From assembly GCA_016188385.1 (NCBI GenBank), contig JACPHV010000030.1:1-46608 (forward strand): a stretch of DNA of 46,608 nt, written 5' to 3'. Under the pieces are notes generated by a model that searched no databases, was not told where the DNA came from, and worked only from the letters and a program-made list of their open reading frames with translations. This DNA comes from Candidatus Uhrbacteria bacterium (GTDB taxonomy: Bacteria > Patescibacteriota > Patescibacteriia > JACQRZ01). Both the position numbers and the translations under genes were made by a program. Position 1 is the first letter of the stretch. Every line of letters begins with the position of its first letter. Positions 39,499 through 46,608 of the stretch are shown in pieces.

Positions 39499-41187
39499 AT
39501 GAAACAATCACTTAAAGAATCTTCAGCTTCTATCATAGAACGCTTGGTGTCGCAAGGCAATTTTGACAGTGATGCTTTGCATTCGGCGAAGCGGGAATTT
39601 TCCGCAGCCACGAGCATACCCTTTCCGACAAACACGGAACTGCTCGCTGTGTATCGAGGACTTGTTGCCGAGCATACAATCGATTCCCATTCGGAGCTGG
39701 AACGGCTGTTGACGGTCAAACCGATACGATCCCTGTCAGGCGTTGCCATTGTCACGCTGCTGACTATGCCGTATCCGTGCCCGGGAAAATGCATCTACTG
39801 TCCTGATGAAGCACGGATGCCGAAAAGCTATATCGAGACGGAGCCTGCCGCGGCGCGAGCGCTTCGCCTGCAGTTTGATCCGTATGTCCAGACCGCGAAA
39901 CGCATATCCATGCTTGAGGGCAACGGACACCCGGCGGATAAAATTGAGTTGATCATCAAGGGCGGGACATGGTCTTCCTACCCGCCGCCATACCAGCAAT
40001 GGTTTATCAAAGAATGTTTTCGCGCGATGAACCATGCCGCCGATGGCTGTGAGACGATTCGTACCGCCGATGCGCATAATCCTTTTAATCGATTCGAGTC
40101 GACAGAGAAAGCCTCATGGGATGTGCGGACGCTTTTTGAACAACAAGCAATAAATGAAACTGCCGCGCATCGCTGCATAGGACTCACGATTGAGACAAGA
40201 CCTGACTTTATCAGTCCCCGAGAAATTAAACGCCTGCGTATGTTGAGCGTCACTCGCGTGGAACTCGGCGTACAGACGACTGACGATACAATTTTGGAGA
40301 CAATCAAACGGGGACATACTGCCGATACTGTCGTACGGGCGACAAAACTTCTCAAGGACGCGGGTTTCAAAGTGGATTTTCATCTCATGCCAGGATTGCC
40401 GGGAGCGACTCCGAAAAGCGATCTTGCGGACGCTCGAAAGATATTTTTTTCCGCCGATTTCGGACCCGATACCGTCAAATTGTATCCTACCGTGGTAACT
40501 CCGAATACCGTACTGGAAGAATGGTGGAAACAAGGACGGTATGAGCCGTATGACACGCAGACTGTCATTGAATTGCTTGCCTCCATCAAAGCAATCGTAC
40601 CGCCTTATGTTCGTCTGTCCCGTGTGATACGGGATATTCCTTCTGATAATATCTCTGCCGGTAATAAAGTGACAAACCTGCGGGAGGTCGTGCATGAATA
40701 TATGAAAAAACGGAATATGCGGTGCCGCTGTTTGCGGTGTCGGGAAACCGGACATCAAAACGATTCAACATTGAATGGCCGCTTATCAGAAATCACATAT
40801 AAGGAGCGATCCTATGCCGCTTCGGGAGGAATGGAATATTTTTTGAGTTATGAAAGTAAGGATGAATCGATCCTCTATGCGTTTCTGCGACTGCGGCTCC
40901 CGTCGAATGACGGGGAGCGAATTCATCATCTTCTGCCAGAGCTTCGCCGCGCCGCGCTTGTCCGTGAACTTCATACGTATGGACAGCTTGTTCGAATACA
41001 TGCAAAGGATGAAGAATCAACCCAGCACAAGGGATTGGGGAAAAAACTCCTTGAACGCGCAACGACAATCGCGACAGAAAACGGACTTACCAGGATCGCC
41101 GTCATTTCCGGCATTGGCGTACGGGAATATTACCGTCGCGCAGGCTATCGCCTCGAAGGAACTTACATGGTTAAAGCGCTCAATTGA
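39499..41187 (+). CDS. elp3: Elp3 family radical SAM/KAT tRNA U34 carboxymethylase
   Basis: RSLSGVA, CPGKCIYCP, MPKSY, GGTW, IETRPD, VELGVQ, RVIRDIP, CRCLRCRE, RELHTYG, QHKGLG, GVREYY; start at MKQSLK. Confidence 0.95.
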   Translation: MKQSLKESSASIIERLVSQGNFDSDALHSAKREFSAATSIPFPTNTELLAVYRGLVAEHTIDSHSELERLLTVKPIRSLSGVAIVTLLTMPYPCPGKCIYCPDEARMPKSYIETEPAAARALRLQFDPYVQTAKRISMLEGNGHPADKIELIIKGGTWSSYPPPYQQWFIKECFRAMNHAADGCETIRTADAHNPFNRFESTEKASWDVRTLFEQQAINETAAHRCIGLTIETRPDFISPREIKRLRMLSVTRVELGVQTTDDTILETIKRGHTADTVVRATKLLKDAGFKVDFHLMPGLPGATPKSDLADARKIFFSADFGPDTVKLYPTVVTPNTVLEEWWKQGRYEPYDTQTVIELLASIKAIVPPYVRLSRVIRDIPSDNISAGNKVTNLREVVHEYMKKRNMRCRCLRCRETGHQNDSTLNGRLSEITYKERSYAASGGMEYFLSYESKDESILYAFLRLRLPSNDGERIHHLLPELRRAALVRELHTYGQLVRIHAKDEESTQHKGLGKKLLERATTIATENGLTRIAVISGIGVREYYRRAGYRLEGTYMVKALN

Positions 41188-43330
41188 CGTTCTCGGGAAA
41201 TAATTGCGTTGCCGGAATAATCTCTTCGATCTGCCGTATCCCGCGCGTCCATTTCAGTTGAATTCCCGCAAACGCGATATCCTCAAAGTAATCAAGACGG
41301 ATCGGGTAGCGCTTCCCCGCTTCCAGATATATGCTGCCTGTCGTTCTTTTCATTGGATGCTTTCTCCAATCATCGATTAATTTGGCATTATTCACCCAAA
41401 GGCGGACACCATCGTCAGAATCAATGATAAAAGTATACCGATCGCTCTGACGCGCCTCGATGTATCCTGCCCACCTCACGGAAAACAGATTCGGGTCCAT
41501 CCCCGGAATAGGCGGCCCGTATGCCCAGCGGAAATCGACCACGGGATCGACACGCGTTACTTTCAGGTTGCTGAAATCATGAGAATCGAAATACATGGCA
41601 GTCAAGCCCGTCCCTCTCGAAACTCGCTCTTCAATTGGCGGAACAATACCGCTCAAATCATCCAAAGCATCTTGCAGCGAAAGGCTTGTATCGCCTTGCA
41701 AAAAACGGGCAATCGCGCTTTTTGTCGATCCGGTGATGGGAAAACCGCGCCGTTCGTAATACCACGCGAGATCGGCATTGGCATTGATGCTTAAGAGAAA
41801 AACAAAAATGTTGATTTTTTTGTTTCGCAAATCTTCGGAATCACTCGCGGCAAGTAATGCATCGGGAACATATTTCCATGTGGTAAGAAAATCTATGGTC
41901 GTACGCAATGCTTTCAAGAACTCCTTATCTTGCTTCACGCTCTTGCGATCTTGAAATATCTGGAGCGTGACGGCGGTAAAAAGATCGGATCCGAGGGTGC
42001 TGTTTTTTGTCGAATGAGTCGGATACAACGATGCTGTATTCACGCGCAACGGCACTGTGCTGCTGATCGGCAAACGGTTCTGTTGAAGCGACGCATGTTG
42101 ATCAGTCGAGGTGATCACATTGGCGCAGGTGGCGGGCTTGGCTAGATATCCGCACCACGCGTTCCACCATCCGAAACGTTTCTCTCCTTTCTGCATCTCC
42201 AGATACGAAGCGACTCCGATCAAATCGGAAAAACTTTTTATCATGGAGTCATGCCAAAGAAACACATTCCGCTGCGGCGCGCGAGCGAGGAATACCTCAC
42301 TAAGCGCTCTCGCGTACGAAACGGCGAAAGGACGGGCGGGATGATTTACCGTATGGACAAGATCGGTACGCACCATGGGAGAGGGAACTCGCACCGTCTG
42401 CGAGTACGGATCGATCGTAATCTTGCGTATCCGGTTGTCATCAATGACGACGATCCGTTTTCCTCCAAGATCATAGTTCAAATAATCACTCAAAAAAACA
42501 ACAAGGTCCTCATACCGTGCCAACGCAGGCAATGGGTCTGTCCGAAACCGAGCAAGCGTCGCTTGCGTGAAGTGCCATTCGATCGATCCGCATCTGACAC
42601 TGCGTTGCCGCATCAGTTGGGAATAGCTTCGATCGCATGAAGCGCGCGCATGCTGCGAAGGTGCGGATACGGCAGGTTGAACGCCATCGGAAAAATCCGA
42701 TTTTGGTATTAGCAAAGAAATCGGTTCTCGCACGGCAATATACAGGCTCTTGAGATCGGCTTGTTGCCCGTCTGTATTCCAGCATCGTAACGTGACAACG
42801 GAAGGATAAGGAATACTGATTTCAGCTGACCCCGACGGTTGTTTGAGGCCGACCCATTCGGGTATTGTGCCGCCTCCATGGCAAGCAAACGCGTTAACGC
42901 TGTCCCACTGCACGAGTACGCGCTCTGTTTTTAAAACTGATGTCCGATCACTGAGAAAGGTAACTGCGGGCAATGGCAAAGATTCATCCTGGTCATTCGG
43001 GTGTACTACTACGGTGCGCGTCTGCGGCGCTGACGCGAGACCTTCGGGACTCGTACAGGTAAGAGAGTAGGAATAATATCCCGTATTAAGTACGATCGTA
43101 CGCTGGCCTTGCTTCGGGAGGCGTTCTTCAGTGTCGAATGAACCTATGCAAAAAGATGCCGCGGGAGCATTCCAGTCAAGCGTTACCGGAGTGCCGGCGA
43201 TCGCAACATTTGGAAAGATGCCATAGTAAACTGTCGAGCCGCCTTCCTGCGCGAAAAGCTGGCTCGATAAAACAAAAGTTGACAGAGCACATACAAAAAT
43301 TGTTGCAAAAAGAGTGCGCATAGACAGCAA
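41180..43330 (-). CDS. Secreted/surface protein with a C-terminal PA14 domain
   Basis: Signal peptide; two Cys-containing beta repeats; GLTAMYF...RVDPVVDFRW...FSVRWAG...SDDGVRLWVN...IRLDYFE. Confidence 0.88.
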   Translation of the reverse strand: MLSMRTLFATIFVCALSTFVLSSQLFAQEGGSTVYYGIFPNVAIAGTPVTLDWNAPAASFCIGSFDTEERLPKQGQRTIVLNTGYYSYSLTCTSPEGLASAPQTRTVVVHPNDQDESLPLPAVTFLSDRTSVLKTERVLVQWDSVNAFACHGGGTIPEWVGLKQPSGSAEISIPYPSVVTLRCWNTDGQQADLKSLYIAVREPISLLIPKSDFSDGVQPAVSAPSQHARASCDRSYSQLMRQRSVRCGSIEWHFTQATLARFRTDPLPALARYEDLVVFLSDYLNYDLGGKRIVVIDDNRIRKITIDPYSQTVRVPSPMVRTDLVHTVNHPARPFAVSYARALSEVFLARAPQRNVFLWHDSMIKSFSDLIGVASYLEMQKGEKRFGWWNAWCGYLAKPATCANVITSTDQHASLQQNRLPISSTVPLRVNTASLYPTHSTKNSTLGSDLFTAVTLQIFQDRKSVKQDKEFLKALRTTIDFLTTWKYVPDALLAASDSEDLRNKKINIFVFLLSINANADLAWYYERRGFPITGSTKSAIARFLQGDTSLSLQDALDDLSGIVPPIEERVSRGTGLTAMYFDSHDFSNLKVTRVDPVVDFRWAYGPPIPGMDPNLFSVRWAGYIEARQSDRYTFIIDSDDGVRLWVNNAKLIDDWRKHPMKRTTGSIYLEAGKRYPIRLDYFEDIAFAGIQLKWTRGIRQIEEIIPATQLFPENVN

Positions 43331-43389
43331 ATAGACTACCGCACCGGCGCAATTCTTGCAAGCCTCGGCAACTTATTGTCGAGAACACC

Positions 43390-43605
43390 TTATTTCCGAT
43401 CGCGAGATATCTGCCGCAGACCCCGGAGCTTTTTCGACGCATCAGCAAGCGCCATCTTAAAGCGCTGTTCTGCCACCGCGACAGCATGTTTGGTGATTTT
43501 AGAATACTGTGAATCCAATACGTTGCGCGCGGCAAGAGATACGATCGTTTTTCCGAAACGATCTTTCGGCTGCAAGGAAAAAAAAGACATGAGTATAGGG
43601 TTCAT
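43390..43605 (-). CDS. Small hypothetical protein
   Basis: Start overlaps the upstream stop by 4 bp; fills the gap in the run. Confidence 0.45.
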   Translation of the reverse strand: MNPILMSFFSLQPKDRFGKTIVSLAARNVLDSQYSKITKHAVAVAEQRFKMALADASKKLRGLRQISRDRK

Positions 43606-44561
43606 ATAGTTCTTCTCTTTCGGACTTCGCTTGCCAAAAAACGCTCCACCTGATCAAGAAAATCCGGCTTATCAAATGCAAGCGCGCCGTACGCAAAAGA
43701 CATGTCAGGTGGAAATTCCCCAAGCGGCGCACCTTGATCATGCTCAACTTCGCGGGTAAAATCTTCCTGTGCCGCTTTTAGCTGATTTTTTTCGCTGCGG
43801 TATGCGCCGGCAATAAGACGATCAAGAACCACTGCTTGAGCGTGTTTGTTAATCGCGATGTTATGTTCTTCCTTCCGCCGCTCTTGCGCCAACAACAGAC
43901 GTTTGAGAAATTGTTCTTTTATTTCAGGTGCGATCTTGTCGTACCGCGGCAAAATACCGCTTTTCTCAATATCATCTCTCACTGCCAACACTGATTCTTC
44001 CTTGAACGATGATGAGTGAGTGTGTAGCTCTTTCCGAGCATCTTTCCGTACATGCCCAAGATAGATGGTGTAGACGATGCGTTGCGTGTCTCGAATTTCT
44101 TGTTCGTAATATGCCCTTTGATTTTTTTCCAGAGTGTCTGATTGCAATGCCGCTTGCGCAAGTTTCATACTCTGAATCATCATCCCTAATTTCGTATCAA
44201 ACATGCGGGGATCTTGGAGAAAGGCATCTACAATCGGGGTTTCTTGCTTTACCATCGCTCCAAGCGCATCTCTTCGGTGAGCGACGTACTCTTTGCCGTA
44301 ACGCAATTCGGCGCGTAATATCCGCTCTTGCGCTTCCGCCCGAATAGAGCGAACGCGCTCCCGCAGCGCATGAAGCAGCGACTCCGCGCCAGGGACGCCA
44401 ACAAACGCGTGCTCTGCTTTCGCAATCCAATGTTCCGCGGCGCGCGTTAACGTGTGCACTCTCTGGTGCGCCCTATCTTCGCGAGAAATCGGTGGTGCCC
44501 ATTCGTGAACCTCTTTTTTGCGCCCGCTATGCTCGTCATGGATATGTTCGCGTTTTTTCAT
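43602..44561 (-). CDS. Hypothetical charged, helical protein
   Basis: 319-aa ORF overlapping the xseB stop by 4 bp; no recognisable motif. Confidence 0.7.
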   Translation of the reverse strand: MKKREHIHDEHSGRKKEVHEWAPPISREDRAHQRVHTLTRAAEHWIAKAEHAFVGVPGAESLLHALRERVRSIRAEAQERILRAELRYGKEYVAHRRDALGAMVKQETPIVDAFLQDPRMFDTKLGMMIQSMKLAQAALQSDTLEKNQRAYYEQEIRDTQRIVYTIYLGHVRKDARKELHTHSSSFKEESVLAVRDDIEKSGILPRYDKIAPEIKEQFLKRLLLAQERRKEEHNIAINKHAQAVVLDRLIAGAYRSEKNQLKAAQEDFTREVEHDQGAPLGEFPPDMSFAYGALAFDKPDFLDQVERFLASEVRKRRTI

Positions 44562-44791
44562 ATTGAACTATCGTCGTCTGGCGTTGCCGGTTTGAACCTT
44601 CTCTTTATCTCAACCACCCTCTGTTTCATCTCTGAAACCTGTTTGGTGCAGTATTCCGCGAGCTCCAAACCACGTTCGAACTTTTTCAACGCTTCCTCGA
44701 TATCAAGATCGCCGCGCTCGAATTCCTTTGTGAGCGCTTCGAGTTCCTGATACGCGGCCTTAAATGTAAGTTTTGTCGCCTTTGCTGTCAT
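44558..44791 (-). CDS. xseB: Exodeoxyribonuclease VII small subunit
   Basis: TFKAAYQELE...DIEEALKKFERGLELAEYC; follows xseA. Confidence 0.93.
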   Translation of the reverse strand: MTAKATKLTFKAAYQELEALTKEFERGDLDIEEALKKFERGLELAEYCTKQVSEMKQRVVEIKRRFKPATPDDDSSI

Positions 44792-44795
44792 ACGC

Positions 44796-46073
44796 CTAAG
44801 AAAGAAGAGTGCCTTGCTTTTGCGACAGGGATACTGTCGCGCCAAACGAGCCGTCTGATACGGCAACGGATATCGATTCTCCCGATCGGACATCTTCAAG
44901 TTGCCGTATCACTGTCCCGTGTGAGCTACGTACTATACTATAACCACGCTTGAGTACTGTCAAAGGATTCATGTTTTTCAAATTCCGTTTCGCGGACTGC
45001 GCCGCAAGTTCGGCCGCAGAAAGCAAGTAGCGCGTCTTGTCCTCTATCTCAGTTGCTCTTTGACCTAAGAGCCGGGCGCTGTCATTGATTTGATTTTCGG
45101 TTCGTATGATGGCATCACAAAAATCGCGAATCACAGTCTGCAGGGCATATTCTGTTTTTTGAAACACGCGAGTGAGCAAACCAACGGCTTGCGTGACCGT
45201 ATGATCCTGCCGCTCAAGAATGGTGCGTACGGATGATTCGAGCGAGGATGCCGCGATACGAATATGCGAACGGATCTCTTGTTGATCAGGGACGATTAAC
45301 GTAGCGGCGTGGGTTGGCGTAGCGGCGCGCAGATCGGCGACATAATCCGCAAGAGTTTCATCGCGCTCGTGCCCCACACCGCACACCACGGGAATACGCG
45401 AAGAAAATACCGCCCGCACGACAGGCTCGGAATTAAACGCTTGAAGATCCTCGAGACTTCCGCCACCGCGTATGAGCGCGATCACATCGGCAAAGCCGGT
45501 GTTGCCATTGAACCATTGAAAAGCAGACACAATATCGCTTAGCGCTTGTTCTCCTTGAACGTGGACATGGATAAGCGATACCTGAACACCGGGCCACCGT
45601 TGGTTCAGAATACGCATGAAATCCGTATACGCAGCTGATTCTTTTGAAGCGATCAACCCTATGTACTCCGGAAACACGGGAAGCGAACGTTTGCGTTCAA
45701 CGTCGAATAACCCTTCCGACGCAAGTTTTTTCTTTGTCAATTCAAACGCGCGGCGTAGCGCGCCCTCTCCGTGAAGTTCAACGCGGTCAACGAAAATGCT
45801 GAATTTTCCGCTTTTGCCATGGATGCGAGGCGATCCTGTGACTCGCACTTTCATACCATCCTCACAAGCAACATCGAGGGTGTAGGCAAGCATAAAGCAC
45901 GATATCTTACTGTCTTCATCTTTCAAATCAAAAAACACCCACTTCCCCTGATTGACATGAAATGAAGAAACCTCGCCTTCGACAACCACCTTCTTGCGAC
46001 CGATGGCAAGATTGATATATTCGATAAATTCACTGACCGAAAAAATCGGCTGCACGTCATTCGTCATAGACAT
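44796..46073 (-). CDS. xseA: Exodeoxyribonuclease VII large subunit
   Basis: VEGEVSS, FDLKD, RGGGSLEDLQAFN, GVGHERD, AATPTHAA, LKRGYS. Confidence 0.97.
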   Translation of the reverse strand: MSMTNDVQPIFSVSEFIEYINLAIGRKKVVVEGEVSSFHVNQGKWVFFDLKDEDSKISCFMLAYTLDVACEDGMKVRVTGSPRIHGKSGKFSIFVDRVELHGEGALRRAFELTKKKLASEGLFDVERKRSLPVFPEYIGLIASKESAAYTDFMRILNQRWPGVQVSLIHVHVQGEQALSDIVSAFQWFNGNTGFADVIALIRGGGSLEDLQAFNSEPVVRAVFSSRIPVVCGVGHERDETLADYVADLRAATPTHAATLIVPDQQEIRSHIRIAASSLESSVRTILERQDHTVTQAVGLLTRVFQKTEYALQTVIRDFCDAIIRTENQINDSARLLGQRATEIEDKTRYLLSAAELAAQSAKRNLKNMNPLTVLKRGYSIVRSSHGTVIRQLEDVRSGESISVAVSDGSFGATVSLSQKQGTLLS

Positions 46074-46608
46074 CTACTATTTCAGAAATACGGAGTGGGA
46101 ATAGAGCTCCCGTATCATTCACCAAATCATGTGAGGGATCTGGTGGGCGCAACACGGAAAACGCATAGCTATCCGAGTCTTCGTAAATATCCTTGGGATC
46201 CAAAAATTTCATGATTCGCACGATACCGGAGTCACCACTCTTTGACGTATACCGCACGCGCGAACCAAGATAGATAGGCTGTTTTTTCGCGCCTTCCGCG
46301 GGTAAATATCCGATCGCTTCTCCGACCCCGTAAAGAATTCGTCCGTACCCGGTCGACGCGCGCATCTTGTCTGATACGCTGTTGCTCAAATTGCGAATAA
46401 CGGCCGCGGAGATAGTGTCATCTTTTGTCAGTGAATGCCGAATATGTTCCAATATACTCATTTCTGCTCCGGAAGAAACAAGCTCTCTGCTATAGATCGT
46501 TCCGATAAGCTCATCAAGCGTTGAAGAGTCAAACGACATATCCACGACAATGCCGCGCAAAGCCCGATACGTTTCCTTGATGCGCTCCAAGCTGCCATCT
46601 TTGACATC
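46057..46608 (-). CDS. Hypothetical protein, 5'-truncated by the window edge
   Basis: Frame is open to the window end; overlaps the xseA start. Confidence 0.6.
   Translation of the reverse strand, partial: DVKDGSLERIKETYRALRGIVVDMSFDSSTLDELIGTIYSRELVSSGAEMSILEHIRHSLTKDDTISAAVIRNLSNSVSDKMRASTGYGRILYGVGEAIGYLPAEGAKKQPIYLGSRVRYTSKSGDSGIVRIMKFLDPKDIYEDSDSYAFSVLRPPDPSHDLVNDTGALFPLRISEIVDVYDE

Overview
A compact, gene-dense bacterial window using the standard code (TGA is used as a stop). The gene set (type IV pilin/pilC/pilD next to glycosyltransferases, F-type ATP synthase with a short delta subunit, UvrD-PD-(D/E)XK fusion, Elp3, PA14 surface protein, many starts without a Shine-Dalgarno) suggests a Patescibacteria/CPR (Parcubacteria-like) chromosome; this is inference. 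Most core genes are on the minus strand: GT4-GT4-GT2, pilins, pilD, pilC, pheS, DciA-like, helicase-nuclease, the atp operon, tatD, cvpA, metG, dus, uvrC, uvrA, an ABC exporter, uvrB and xseAB. Two plus-strand accessory islets with strong Shine-Dalgarno sites interrupt this run: 13.3-14.3 kb and 27.0-30.5 kb. The second holds five small membrane-protein ORFs and a degenerate-phosphoesterase/wHTH/phosphoesterase protein. The most notable signal is an Elp3 gene placed head-to-head, with 0 bp between start codons, with a Trm9/ALKBH8-like methyltransferase. This is a candidate eukaryote/archaea-type mcm5U34 tRNA wobble-modification module in a bacterium. A roughly 150-nt imperfect palindrome occupies the predicted atp operon leader. 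I saw no rRNA, tRNA, CRISPR array, integrase or transposase.
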